Part shown: one piece after another, positions 49,539 to 60,022 of the stretch
How positions within the stretch are numbered: the stretch's first letter is position 1
How the letters are laid out: every line of letters starts with the position of its first letter
Assembly (NCBI GenBank): GCA_964291295.2
Contig: OZ219754.1
Location: forward strand, 160,001-224,000
From: an uncultured Candidatus Binatia bacterium
GTDB lineage: Bacteria; Desulfobacterota; Binatia; UBA9968; JAJDTQ01
DNA: 64,000 nt
Reading direction: 5' to 3'
Program-made: the position numbers and the translations under genes
The notes under the pieces: generated by a model
The model's input: only the letters and a program-made list of their open reading frames with translations
What the model was told of the DNA's origin: nothing
Database searches by the model: none

Positions 49539-51113
49539 TCAAGCGACTCGGAGTTCCACCGCGGTTTCGTAGAGCCTCACCGTCTGCTTGACCTCACCGA
49601 CCCGCACCGATGAGTTGACGATACTGTTGCCCGTGCGTTTCTTGCGCACTTCGTGCAAGGCTACGACATCAAAACCTTCAAGTTCCGCGATCTCCGCGAA
49701 CACCCGGTCGGTCTGGAACTCGATACCCTGGAGAATGTTATTGCCGATAACGACCACGACCGTGCCGCCTGGGCGCATGAGCGGTCGAGTGATGGCACAG
49801 AATCTCTGGCAATCGTTGAAGTAGGCTGCGGCATAGTTGGCCCACCCCGGACCTCCATAGGCACCCTTTTCAGGATAGCGCGCCCTGAGGAGTTCAAGCT
49901 GTTCGGCCAGATCGGGAAGAGTGGGCTTCAGGACGATTTCAGGACCCGACCGTACGGTTTGCCAGAACTGGCCGAAACTCTGACGTTCGATGTTTTTGAG
50001 TTCGTTGGGCGCTTCCACCATTCCCAACCAGAACAAATGCGGCCGCGTGTTCCTGACGTAGTGGTAGTTGTTGAGGTAAGGCGGCGACGTGACCAGCACG
50101 TCAATGCTCTGTTCGTCGGTAAGAGCGGCGTGCTCCAGGTAGGAAAGGGGTTGGACCGTTGCCCGCGGCTTGACGCGGCGCTTGTCAAGACAAGCCTGGA
50201 ACTCTGCGACGTCCTGGTACATCTCCCACAACTTGCGCCGAACCGTTCCGAAGACGTCCGCATGCTTGATGTCTGGCTTGCCGGCACCGCTCCGCGTACC
50301 AAGGCTGGGTTCATAGGAGTAATTGGAGAAACCCACCATCACGGAACCCAACGCCACGCGGAGGAGGTCCCGGACCCAGTCGGTCGGTTCCCCGCCGATA
50401 AAGTCCAGACAAGCCAACGTCTGGCGTTCCACGGCTTCGCTGAAGAAAGGGACCCGGCTTCGAAAGCCCTTCGGTTGTACCGTGGCGGGTGCCTTGCGCA
50501 ACCAAGCTTCGGCGTCGCCGTACTCCTCGAAGCGCGCAATGGTCGTCTCCAGTGTGGAAAGATCGTACTCAGCGACACCCGCCTTTACTTTGCACGCCAG
50601 CGCCGGATACGGGTTGATTTCGTAACCGACGGCATCGTCGCCTTGCTTCAGCGCTTCGACCAGCGTCGTACCGACTCCTGCAAAGGGATCGAGCACGCGC
50701 ATCCTCCGGCTCTTCTTGCGGACAGCATCAAGTACGCCGGCCACGAAAGAGCCGGAAAAGCCGGCGACCCACGGCACCCAACGATGAAGCGCGCGGTGTT
50801 GGTTCTCCGAGAATCCAGTGTCGCGAAAGCCGGAGGAAGGGAGGAGTTCGAATTGTGCACCCGCTTCGGAGATGAAGCCGCTGCCGCAGACAGAGCCGTC
50901 GGCAACTTCGGTTGTCGGCGCATCGGAGTTCTCTCCGGCCAACCAAGTCTCCAGTCGAGCGCGCACGAAACGCCATTCGCGCCCAACTTTCCTGGATGGC
51001 ACCCGTCGCGCGCGGGCCATCTCTCCAAGGGTCTTCTCGCTTACTCGAATCAGCTTCGCCGCCTCTGCCAAGGTCAGAATCTCATGACTGCTCGCATGCG
51101 CGCTTGTCTTCAT
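49539..51113 (-). CDS. Amino-DNA methyltransferase (probably N4-cytosine) with N-terminal excisionase-like HTH
   Basis: LTLAEAAKLIRVS...KVGREWRF (HTH_17), HRWVPWVAGFS, LDPFAGVGTT, VTSPPY. Confidence 0.88.
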   Translation of the reverse strand: MKTSAHASSHEILTLAEAAKLIRVSEKTLGEMARARRVPSRKVGREWRFVRARLETWLAGENSDAPTTEVADGSVCGSGFISEAGAQFELLPSSGFRDTGFSENQHRALHRWVPWVAGFSGSFVAGVLDAVRKKSRRMRVLDPFAGVGTTLVEALKQGDDAVGYEINPYPALACKVKAGVAEYDLSTLETTIARFEEYGDAEAWLRKAPATVQPKGFRSRVPFFSEAVERQTLACLDFIGGEPTDWVRDLLRVALGSVMVGFSNYSYEPSLGTRSGAGKPDIKHADVFGTVRRKLWEMYQDVAEFQACLDKRRVKPRATVQPLSYLEHAALTDEQSIDVLVTSPPYLNNYHYVRNTRPHLFWLGMVEAPNELKNIERQSFGQFWQTVRSGPEIVLKPTLPDLAEQLELLRARYPEKGAYGGPGWANYAAAYFNDCQRFCAITRPLMRPGGTVVVVIGNNILQGIEFQTDRVFAEIAELEGFDVVALHEVRKKRTGNSIVNSSVRVGEVKQTVRLYETAVELRVA

Positions 51114-51478
51114 GCAATTACCTGTAACTGCTTCCATATTCTCACAACAGGATACCATGTGGCTACCATGTTCCCGAGGGAACTTCTACATCCCCTGTGC
51201 AGGTGAGGCATTCCCGGGCCGCGTTCGGACTGCCAAGCAGCGACTGCAAGCGAACAGGGCGGATGGACAGCGACCGCAAGCTGGTGGCATTGGCCACGGC
51301 GAACGGGATGATGGGGGTCTTGCCAATGCTCATACACTTGGCCGGTCTCCGGATCCACTCACACATCCGCCACACGGACGCTTGCGCCGGGCCGCCGCGG
51401 TTTGACTTTCCGGACCGCTTCCGGGAGATTCGTCGGCTGGGCGGATATCCTGATCTCCGGAAACCACGAAAAGACGCC

Positions 51479-52231
51479 ATGAACCTCGACGACTTCGCCG
51501 CCAGGCTGCGGCGCGCCACCGACATCGTCTTCTTCACCGGCGCGGGGATCAGCACCGAATCCGGCATCCCCGATTTCAGGAGTCCGGGAGGCCAGTGGAC
51601 CCGCATGAGGCCGGTGTACTTCGACGAGTTCGTGAACAGCGAGGAAGCCAGGGTGCGGGCGTGGGAGCGCAAGAAGGAAAGCCACCGGCTCTACAGGGAG
51701 GTGCGGCCCAATATCGGACACACTTCCATCAGCGAATTCGAAAAGCGCGGACAGCTGCTGGGGCTCATCACCCAGAACATCGACGGCCTGCACGGCCGCG
51801 GAGGGGTATCGGACGACAAGATCGTGGAATTGCACGGCTCGGACCGCACCGTGCTCTGCCTGAACTGCGGCAAGAACTTCGACCCGGACCGGATTCTGGC
51901 CGGCCTGGGCACCAGCTTCACTTCGCCGCGCTGCGACGCCTGCGACGGCCTGCTCAAGTCCGGCACCATCTCCTTTGGCCAACCCATGCCCGAGGCCGCC
52001 ATGCGGCAGGCCCGGGCCTGGAGCGAGGACGCCGACGTCTTCATCGTGGTGGGCTCGTCACTGGCGGTGCAGCCCGCCGCCTCCTTCCCCGTCATCGCCA
52101 AGCAGGCCGGCGCCCTTCTGGCCATCGTCAACCGGGAAGCCACCCCCCTCCAGTCCTTGGCCGACTACAGCCACGAGGGTGAGATCGGCGAGTTCTTCCG
52201 CACGCTGAATCCGCTGCTGGCCGACGCCTGA
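51479..52231 (+). CDS. cobB: Sir2-family NAD-dependent deacylase
   Basis: TGAGISTESGIPDFRS, TQNIDGLH, ELHG, two CxxC, VGSSL, IVNRE. Confidence 0.9.
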   Translation: MNLDDFAARLRRATDIVFFTGAGISTESGIPDFRSPGGQWTRMRPVYFDEFVNSEEARVRAWERKKESHRLYREVRPNIGHTSISEFEKRGQLLGLITQNIDGLHGRGGVSDDKIVELHGSDRTVLCLNCGKNFDPDRILAGLGTSFTSPRCDACDGLLKSGTISFGQPMPEAAMRQARAWSEDADVFIVVGSSLAVQPAASFPVIAKQAGALLAIVNREATPLQSLADYSHEGEIGEFFRTLNPLLADA

Positions 52232-52341
52232 CGCAGACCCGCTCCGTGCACGGGCGGGCTCTACCCAGTCGATTCCACCCAATGTGGCCGTGCACGTGCC
52301 GTTTCGTCCCGACGACATGATCCAGGATTTTCCAATGTCCG

Positions 52342-52928
52342 TCACGCAACTCGATACAGGCGAAAGGCGGCCTGTTCCCTTCGCATGACATCGGTTACTT
52401 TCACGATTCGGAAGCGGCCCGCCACGACGACGGACACAGGTTTCTCCGAAAGCCGGGACACCCGGATCTCCCGCAGACGCCGCATTACTCTGGAAATTGA
52501 AGCAGGCGAAGATATCGGTCGTTTGCGTGTGTCTGAATGGAGAGGCCGTTTTCCCATCGATTCAGTGACGCTTCGCCAAGACCCGTCGAATGGGCAAAGG
52601 CGGCCCGTGTCAACCCGTGATCCTCTCTGATACGCCGAATCGCGTCGGGTGGCAGAACGCCCAGATGATTGCAGACTGCAGCATGCTTCAGTCGTTCCGC
52701 CGCGTCATCCAGATACTCGAACTCGCACGTGCCGCACCGATGCACTTGCACTTCCACCCGCAACGCCACCGAGGCATCCCCGGACCCGTAGTCGAATGCG
52801 TGAAGACTCCATCGGGTCGTGATACGCTCGTCACCGCACATCGGGCAGGAAGGCGCCGACTGCACGCCCTGCATCCGAGCCCGCGAGTGAGTGTTTGTGC
52901 CTCCAGGATCCATCTCCGGCTCCCTCAA
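52342..52928 (-). pseudogene. MqsA-like antitoxin (Zn ribbon + XRE HTH), interrupted near C-terminus
   Basis: CPMCG...CGTC, IRRIREDHGLTRAAFA...LNRWENG; stop at 52485 with probable tail in ORF 52342..52557. Confidence 0.6.
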
Positions 52929-52929
52929 T

Positions 52930-53280
52930 CTTTCCGTTCGGAATAGTGAAAACTGCGCCCGATTGATCTTCCCCGAGCCCAGTTGCCGCTTGAAGTCGAG
53001 TGGTCTGGCTCAAGATCGATCTTCATCACATATCCAGCAGCTCCTCTCCGCTCTTGCAACTCCACTGTCTCCACCGGATGCACGTCTTCGAGTCATGCCG
53101 CGATACATTCCCAGCCGCTGCGTCCAGTTTCGTACCTGTGCCGGACGCCAGTCTATCGAACGCTCAGGGCTGAATGCGATCACGCGCGCATGGCTCCTTT
53201 GCGCGAGGATCGCCCATTGACTTCTTCTCGACTCGCTCGGCGCAGTCCGCAGTCATTGAGCAGACTTATCATCTTTTTCA
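52930..53280 (-). pseudogene. Degenerate upstream partner (possible toxin) of the MqsA-like gene
   Basis: Broken frames with fragments AWECIA, GYVMKIDL, GRSFHYSE directly upstream of the antitoxin. Confidence 0.3.
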
Positions 53281-53457
53281 ATCACATGATTACCGAACTC
53301 CCGCAGACCCCGGAGCCCGGTTTCCGCCGAAGCCGGAGCGATGAACCGCAAGCCGGCCCTGAAAGCCGGCTTGACACCGCCGCGGCGGGATTGTTACAGG
53401 TCGGCCAGCAGTTCACGAACTTCCGCACGCAGGCCGACCCCGCCGGAGGAGACCACC

Positions 53458-54435
53458 ATGAGCGATACGAACGGCCACACGAAGGCGCTTCACGTCATGA
53501 CCCACTCCGGGTGGTACCGCTTCGAGAAGAACGGCGATTGCTGGGAACAGGTGGAACGCGACCTGACCTTCTGGAACCTGAGTTGCATCGCGGTCGATCC
53601 GGAGGATCCGCGCACCGTGTACGGCGGCACCGAGCACTCGGGGCTGTTCTGCACCCATGACGGCGGCGCGACCTGGACACGATCGCGCCCCAACGTGCCC
53701 AATCTCGACATCTTCTCGCTGTGGGCCCTGCCGGGCTCCCTGTTCGTCGGCACCCGCCCGGCGGCGCTCTTCCACGGCGCCCCCGGAGACGGATGGCGGG
53801 AACTCCCGGGCGTGCGCGAGGGCGGCGCCTGCGGCGTCTTTCCGCCGAATCCGGCCCAGGCACCGCGCACCCGCTATCTCACCACCGACCCTGCCTCCCC
53901 CTCGCGGCTCTACGCCGGCATCGAGGTGGGCGGGCTGCTGCTGAGCGACGACAACGGCGAGAGCTGGCGCACGGCCAACAAAGGCTTGTGGGACCGCGAT
54001 ATCCATCAACTGCACCACTCCGGACACGAGCCCGCACTGGTGGTGGCGGCCTGTGGCGAAGGGATCTTCCGGAGCCGCGACCGGGCCGGCCACTGGGAGG
54101 AGATCACCCCGTCGGACACTCGTACCTACGGCACCACCGTCACGGAGACGGATGACGGCAGCCTGTATCTCGGTGTCACGCTCGGGCGGCCCAACACCTG
54201 GGTACGCAAGGTGCGGGCCAGCGCGGCCATCCTGCGGAGCGAGCACGAGGCGGTCGGTTGGAAGTGTCTGGCCGAGGACCTCCGCGGCGGCATCATGGAC
54301 ACCGTGCCGGACCCCGACGGCCCCGGCGTCATCGCCGCCACCTCCGAAGGCGAGATCATGATCGTCGAGGAGTCGGGGTGGCGCACGGTGGCCAGCGGAC
54401 TGCCCTGCATCAACGAGATCGCCATCGGCGCCTGA
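53458..54435 (+). CDS. BNR/WD40-like beta-propeller protein
   Basis: GGAGGAG RBS; Asp-box repeats THDGGATW, SDDNGESW, SRDRAGHW. Confidence 0.8.
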   Translation: MSDTNGHTKALHVMTHSGWYRFEKNGDCWEQVERDLTFWNLSCIAVDPEDPRTVYGGTEHSGLFCTHDGGATWTRSRPNVPNLDIFSLWALPGSLFVGTRPAALFHGAPGDGWRELPGVREGGACGVFPPNPAQAPRTRYLTTDPASPSRLYAGIEVGGLLLSDDNGESWRTANKGLWDRDIHQLHHSGHEPALVVAACGEGIFRSRDRAGHWEEITPSDTRTYGTTVTETDDGSLYLGVTLGRPNTWVRKVRASAAILRSEHEAVGWKCLAEDLRGGIMDTVPDPDGPGVIAATSEGEIMIVEESGWRTVASGLPCINEIAIGA

Positions 54436-54515
54436 TTTTGACCTCTTTCTTCACCTACCCTTCGGCCCCGCCCCCGGCGGGTCGGTTCCCCGTGCCTTCC
54501 CGGGAACCCTGACCC

Positions 54516-55703
54516 GTGCCGGCGGCCGCGATTCCCGATTCCACCCGAACCGATTGGGGGGCCGTAGGGGTGGCGGCGCTCTCCGCCGTGAGCCCGGCCA
54601 TGGTGGTCGCCGTCCTCGGCATCGGCCTGCCGGAGATCGGCACCGGCGTGGGCCTCCCGGCCCGGTGGTGGGGTGCCCTCTTCTCCCCCGTCTTCGTTGC
54701 CGCGGCGTGCGCGAGCTGGTTCGCCGGGCGGCTTTCCGACAGGCTGGGGCGGCGCAACGTGCTGGTTGCCGCGGGCTTCGCCCTGGGCGCCGGGTTCGGG
54801 CTGGTATCGACGACCCACCGTTACGGAGCCGCGGCAGCACTGCTGGCTTTGGCCGGTGTGGGATACGGCGCCCTCACCGCCTCGGTCCTGTCACTGGTGT
54901 CGGACCTCCTGCCCTCGCGGCGGGGACTGGGCGCGGGCCTGCTCTCCGCCACCTACGGCCTGGGCGGCGTCAGCGGCCCCATCGCCGCCGCCGCCATCCT
55001 CCAGCGTTTCGGCTGGCGCGGGGCCACCGCCGCGGTGGGCTGCATCGCCGCCGGCATTGCCGCGATCCAATGGCTGCGCATCCGGGAACCGGCTCGGGCG
55101 TCCGTCTCCGCTCGCGCGGCGCGCGCCGACAAGCCGCCGATGATGATGAACCGCAACATGATCCTGCTGGCCGCGGCGCAGTTCTTCGGCGGCTCGGTGT
55201 TCTGGATCACCTCGTCCTGGACCCCGACGTTCCTGCGCGAAGCCGTGAAACTGACCCTCGACGAGGCGGGCGTGGTCATGGCGGCCTGGGGGGCCACGCC
55301 CATCATCGGGGCCATGGTGCTGGGGATCCTGTCCGACCGCCTGGGGCGGAGGCGCATCATTCTGATGGGCGCCTTTCCCGGCGTGTTGGTGGTGCTGGCC
55401 GTCTACGGCTGGCTGGCCCATCCGCTGGCCCTGGCCGCGGGCATCTGCCTCCTGGGCCTTTGCAAGTCACCGGTGCCGCCGCTGGTGGTGGCGCTGGCGC
55501 AGGACTCCGCCGCCAAGGGCCGGGTAGGCGAGGCGAGCGGACTCATCATGTCCATGCACTACGTGGCGGCCCAGACGACCCCGCTGGGCATGGGGCTGCT
55601 GGTCACCGGGCTGGACAGCCTGACGCTGGCCATGCTCCTGGGCTCAGGTGTGGCGTTCGCCGTGTTCGGAGTGCTCGTGGCCCGCGTCCGTGAACGCCAC
55701 TGA
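54516..55703 (+). CDS. MFS transporter
   Basis: ~12 hydrophobic segments; motif A GRLSDRLGRR and GILSDRLGRR. Confidence 0.9.
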   Translation: MPAAAIPDSTRTDWGAVGVAALSAVSPAMVVAVLGIGLPEIGTGVGLPARWWGALFSPVFVAAACASWFAGRLSDRLGRRNVLVAAGFALGAGFGLVSTTHRYGAAAALLALAGVGYGALTASVLSLVSDLLPSRRGLGAGLLSATYGLGGVSGPIAAAAILQRFGWRGATAAVGCIAAGIAAIQWLRIREPARASVSARAARADKPPMMMNRNMILLAAAQFFGGSVFWITSSWTPTFLREAVKLTLDEAGVVMAAWGATPIIGAMVLGILSDRLGRRRIILMGAFPGVLVVLAVYGWLAHPLALAAGICLLGLCKSPVPPLVVALAQDSAAKGRVGEASGLIMSMHYVAAQTTPLGMGLLVTGLDSLTLAMLLGSGVAFAVFGVLVARVRERH

Positions 55704-55864
55704 AACACATCGGGGATTCGGCACAACCCCCTCACGCGCAAGATACGAATTTCAATCCGGTGGGGGAAGAGGCCTCACAAGCGGGGCATGAGCACCGAAC
55801 GGCGCAAGCCGTGCCCGCAAACCCGGCCGTCTGCGGGGGCCGAGCGTGCCGCCGGGGCACCGCG

Positions 55865-56100
55865 GCGCCCATCAGGGGCGGCGGGTGGCCGGCGGCGAAC
55901 TTCTTCAGGGTCTCTTGAGCCAAGCATGGGGCTCGATGCTGTTCATCCTGCAGGTCTTGATGAGCGAGGCGATGCAGCGAAGCGAGACCGCGCTGGCGCC
56001 GTCGCCGCGGCCAGCGGGCAACGCGTTCTTCGCGGCGAACCGGGCGGGTCCGGTCCTCGAATCCGGTTCTCGAATCGAGGACACCCGTGCGTCACTGAAG
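55865..56100 (-). mobile_element. IS66-family TnpC C-terminal remnant
   Basis: Minus strand KNALPAG...IASLIKTCRMNSIEPHAWL followed by ETLKKFAAGHP in another frame. Confidence 0.6.
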
Positions 56101-56129
56101 CGACGAGGCCCTGCACCGGCGCTGAGGCC

Positions 56130-57881
56130 TTACACCAGCGCTCCTTGTGCCGTCCCGGCTCCGCGCTCCGGGTCGTTCACCGGCTCCAGCCAGACATCGA
56201 CAAGCGCCAGCCGTCCCTCCCGGACGGCCTGGAGCCCCCGTTCCAGCGCCGGTCTCACCATGGCCGGATCCCGCACACGCTCGCCATGGCCATCGAAAGC
56301 CCGGGCGATGCCCGCGTAGTCCGGTGCGGGCGCGATGGACGTGCCCACGAACCGGTTGGTGCGCACCGCCCACCCCTCGGGATAGTACGCCGGCACGCCC
56401 CGCTTCATGGACTTGTAGCCGTGGTTGTTCATGAGCACGATGAGGATCGGCATGCGGAATTCCTGGGCAAAGCCGAAACCCGCGATGCCGGGGTTGTAGT
56501 TGAAGGATCCATCGCCGATCACCAGCACCACGGGCTTCTCCGGATGCGCGGCCTTGACTCCGAGGGCCGTGCCGAGGCCGGTGCCGAGGCCGCCGATGCA
56601 GCCGCTGAAGAAGTTGCCGGGCTTGACCCGATCCAGGTACTGGTGCAGCGCCATGCGGTGCGTGATGGTCTCCTCCACCAGGCAGACGTCATCGGGAAGC
56701 ACCTGGTTGAGCTGGTACATCACCCAGATGGTGTCCATGGGTTCCCTGGACTCGAGACTCCGGGCCTGTTCGATCCACGCCGCCCGCCGCGCCGCGCCCC
56801 GCTCGCGCAGCTTCGCACGCCGTTCCCGCACCGTGGCGCCGCCCGCCGCGCCCTCCCTGCGGAGCCGCTCCAGCAATGCTTCCAGGGATGCCTCCAGCGC
56901 GCCGGGGATGCTGAGGTCTGCCTGCACGCCCCAGTAGGGAAGGTTCATGTGCAACGGCTCCTCATCCAGCACCACCACCTTGGCACCCTGCGCCACCGGC
57001 GCCGAAGCCGGATGCCACGGCTGGGTCGCGCCGATGAGACAGACGACGTCGGCGTCGGCCATGAACTCCCCGGGCTCGAAGCCGCCGTGCAACTCGTGGT
57101 CCCGCGGGAAGTTGAAACAGCCGCTGCTGCGGGTCTCCACCACCGGAGCGTCGAGCCGTTCGGCCAACTCCACCATGCGCTGGACGATGCCGGCGTTCCT
57201 GCCGGCGTTCTCGCTCACGATAACCGGATTCCGGGCGGCCCGGAGCAGGCTCGCCAACTCGTCGATGGCGCCGGCGTCAGGGCCGGGCGGAGAAGGCATG
57301 GACACCTTCAGCGGCGCCTCCCGCGCGACCTTGTCGAACAGGTACTCCATGGGCAGCGACACGAACACCGGCCCCCGGGGGGAACTCATGGCCATCTGGC
57401 AGGCGCGCTGAACGGTGGCAACCAGGATGTGCCGGTCATTGACCCCGAAGCTCCACTTGACGCACCGGTCCACCAGCCGGGCCGGGCCGCCCACGTCCGA
57501 GAGGAAACGCATCCACTGGCCGCCGGGATCGGGACCGTCGTCCTCGCCGTAGGCGACGGACTCGCCGGTGAAGACCACCATGGGCACCTGCTCGTGGAGC
57601 GCGCCGCGCAGGGCCATGGAGCCGTGCAGCGCTCCCACGGTGGTGTGTATCATGACTCCGGGCAGCTTGCCGGTGGCCTTGGCGTAGCCGCTGGCCATGG
57701 CCAGCGCCACCTCTTCGTGCCGCGAACTGAGATAGACCGGCACGCCCTCGTCCGGCTTGGCCAGCGCCTCCCAGACCGGCGACCACTCCGAGCCCGGCGA
57801 CGCGAAAACCCGCTCCACGCCCATGCCGGACAAGACGCGCAGGAAAGCCTCGGCACCCGTGAGTCCATTGACTTCAATCAT
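56130..57881 (-). CDS. Thiamine pyrophosphate-dependent enzyme (acetolactate synthase/decarboxylase family)
   Basis: SPGSE, RHEEVA, PRGPVFVSLP, GDGSF...NNHGY. Confidence 0.9.
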   Translation of the reverse strand: MIEVNGLTGAEAFLRVLSGMGVERVFASPGSEWSPVWEALAKPDEGVPVYLSSRHEEVALAMASGYAKATGKLPGVMIHTTVGALHGSMALRGALHEQVPMVVFTGESVAYGEDDGPDPGGQWMRFLSDVGGPARLVDRCVKWSFGVNDRHILVATVQRACQMAMSSPRGPVFVSLPMEYLFDKVAREAPLKVSMPSPPGPDAGAIDELASLLRAARNPVIVSENAGRNAGIVQRMVELAERLDAPVVETRSSGCFNFPRDHELHGGFEPGEFMADADVVCLIGATQPWHPASAPVAQGAKVVVLDEEPLHMNLPYWGVQADLSIPGALEASLEALLERLRREGAAGGATVRERRAKLRERGAARRAAWIEQARSLESREPMDTIWVMYQLNQVLPDDVCLVEETITHRMALHQYLDRVKPGNFFSGCIGGLGTGLGTALGVKAAHPEKPVVLVIGDGSFNYNPGIAGFGFAQEFRMPILIVLMNNHGYKSMKRGVPAYYPEGWAVRTNRFVGTSIAPAPDYAGIARAFDGHGERVRDPAMVRPALERGLQAVREGRLALVDVWLEPVNDPERGAGTAQGALV

Positions 57882-57966
57882 GTTCCGTTCCTCCATCCGA
57901 CCCTCGTCAAGTCCAAGATACGCCGCGGGGCCGGTCAACCCCCGCGCCGCCGCCTGCATGCACCGC

Positions 57967-59178
57967 TCAACCCGACCGGGCGGCGAAGGTGGGGAGCCAT
58001 CCCGCGGGGGCCGTCAGATCCAGCGAGTCGGCGTCGATGGAGGTGCGGCCGGACAGCAGGACACGCTGGCCCCGGTACGCCCACACGCGCAGGTCCGCCC
58101 ATACGGACACGTCCTCACCGAGCTGGATGCGCGCACGCCCCACCTTCCTTTGGGCGACATAGCCTTCGCCCTTCCGCAACAGCCGCCGCAGGCGCGAGCG
58201 CCCGACACGCGCGCTGGGCAGGAACCCCCGGCTGGCATGGCTGCGGATGGGCTTGAACACGAACTGATGCCGGTTCTCCACGACGGCGTCGATATTGTCG
58301 GCCCGAAGCAGCCGGGTCTCGGGGATGTGCCGGCTCAGGACTTCCCGCTCGCGGGCTCCGATGCCGAGGTCCCGGTCCCATGACGGCAGCGAAAGGAACT
58401 CCAGCAGCCGCTTGTCGCTGCGGGTGGCGTAAGTGAAGGGATTGGGGGCGACGTACACGCCGCCGTGCAGGAACGCGTCCCGCAACGGCCGCGTCGCCTC
58501 CTTCTCCAGAAAGAAGTCGGTGGAGCGGTTCACGATGAACGCAACCCGCGCGTCACCGTGCCAGAGCCGCTCGCCGTCCCAGCGAAGGCTCGCCGTCGAT
58601 CCCACGTCCGCCGGCCACCCCTGCTCCTGGAAGAGTTCCCGCAGCATCTCCATCTCGCCGCCGAACTTGCCCCGCTCCAGGGCTTCGGGCTCGTCCACGA
58701 TGAGAAAGAGCTCCTCGGGCATGTTACCGAAAAACCCTTCGGCCTCCCGGCGGACCATTCGCGTGATGTTCCGTCCGAGCTCGGCGGCCGACGGCGGCGC
58801 TTCGAGACCCGCCCGCCGGGCCGGTTCCAGCAGCGCATGGAAGCACTCGTTGATGAAGCCGGCATACAGAAGACCGGATCCGTTGTCGTTGAACTCGATG
58901 ACCTGCCAGGGGCCGCCGGGAGGCAGATGGAAGTCCCAGGCGCTGAAAAAGCACACCTCCGGCCGTCTCGCCGGAAGGCAGTGTCCGGACGAACCGATGA
59001 CGCATTCCTGCCACGCCGACCGTGTGGTCACCTCTTCGAAGACGCCGATGAATTCGTCGATCTCCGCCAATACTGCGGCCGGGATCGCCTGATGGGCGAA
59101 GGTCACCGAGAACTCGTCCGGAACACCGGGAATCCCCGCAGCCCGGAGCCGGTCCCACAACTGCTCACGCCGGCTCAT
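57967..59178 (-). CDS. ATP-grasp-like (glutathionylspermidine synthase/circularly permuted) protein
   Basis: WDFHL...VIEFNDNG, IVNRSTDF, SDKRLL, IPET, FVFKP, YVAQ, DLRVWAY. Confidence 0.65.
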   Translation of the reverse strand: MSRREQLWDRLRAAGIPGVPDEFSVTFAHQAIPAAVLAEIDEFIGVFEEVTTRSAWQECVIGSSGHCLPARRPEVCFFSAWDFHLPPGGPWQVIEFNDNGSGLLYAGFINECFHALLEPARRAGLEAPPSAAELGRNITRMVRREAEGFFGNMPEELFLIVDEPEALERGKFGGEMEMLRELFQEQGWPADVGSTASLRWDGERLWHGDARVAFIVNRSTDFFLEKEATRPLRDAFLHGGVYVAPNPFTYATRSDKRLLEFLSLPSWDRDLGIGAREREVLSRHIPETRLLRADNIDAVVENRHQFVFKPIRSHASRGFLPSARVGRSRLRRLLRKGEGYVAQRKVGRARIQLGEDVSVWADLRVWAYRGQRVLLSGRTSIDADSLDLTAPAGWLPTFAARSG

Positions 59179-59965
59179 GAAGGGTGCACGCGAGACGTTG
59201 GAGGAACCGTTCCACCTCCGCGTCGTCCTTCAGCCGATAAGCCGCCGCCGTGGGCCGGGGCGAGTCCGCCACGAGAATCCCCACGCCGCGGCCGGCCACG
59301 ACCCCGAAACCGTCCTCGTCGGTGGCGTCGTCGCCGACGTAGACGGGCACATGGTCCGCGCCCACGGTCCCGAGGATCCACTCCACCGCCTTGCCCTTGT
59401 TCCATTCGAACCGGGGCCTGATCTCGAACACCTTCTTTCCATGCGCCTTGCGGAGTCCGGGACAATCCTGCAGCAAGCCGTCGATCACGGCTTCGACACC
59501 GGCAACCGCCGCCTTGTCCACGAGGCGGTAATGGACCGCCAAGGAGCAACCCTTGTTCTCCAACAGCAGGCCGGAGACTTGCGCCAGGGCGCTGCCGAGC
59601 CGCCGGTGCAACATCTCCATGAGCGGGAGGAACTCCTGCCCCACCTGGTGGCGAATGTCTGTGCCCGCGGGACCGGCGATATCGTAACCATGCGTGCCGG
59701 CGTAGAAGAGATTGTCGAGCCCGACCCGCTCCCGCACCTCTTCGCGGGCGCGCCCGCTGACCACGGCGGTGATGCATCGGTCGCTCAGGCACCGGACGAT
59801 GTCGCGCATCTCCCGGGACAGCACCGCCTGCGCCGGGGTGTCCACGATGGGGGTCAAGGTGCCGTCGAAGTCGAGAAAGACTGCGGTCCGGCCGCCTTCC
59901 AATGCTCTTTCGATGTCATGAAAATCGGTCAGGGCGGACGGGAGTGTCCATTCAGCATTCACCAC
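59165..59965 (-). CDS. otsB: Trehalose-6-phosphate phosphatase
   Basis: FLDFDGTLTPIV, VSGR, AGTHG, VHYR, GKKVFEIRP, NKGKAV, GDDATDEDGF. Confidence 0.93.
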   Translation of the reverse strand: MVNAEWTLPSALTDFHDIERALEGGRTAVFLDFDGTLTPIVDTPAQAVLSREMRDIVRCLSDRCITAVVSGRAREEVRERVGLDNLFYAGTHGYDIAGPAGTDIRHQVGQEFLPLMEMLHRRLGSALAQVSGLLLENKGCSLAVHYRLVDKAAVAGVEAVIDGLLQDCPGLRKAHGKKVFEIRPRFEWNKGKAVEWILGTVGADHVPVYVGDDATDEDGFGVVAGRGVGILVADSPRPTAAAYRLKDDAEVERFLQRLACTLHEPA

Positions 59966-60022
59966 GACGTCACCGGTCCCGCCACGACAACCCCGCGGTC
60001 CTCACTTCCCGGCGGACGGCCT

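Noticed and set aside
51479-52231. Sir2 gene next to R-M genes as an anti-phage NADase (Thoeris/DSR-like)
   Set aside because: It has canonical CobB length and motifs, including the Zn-binding CxxC pairs, and no fused defence domain.
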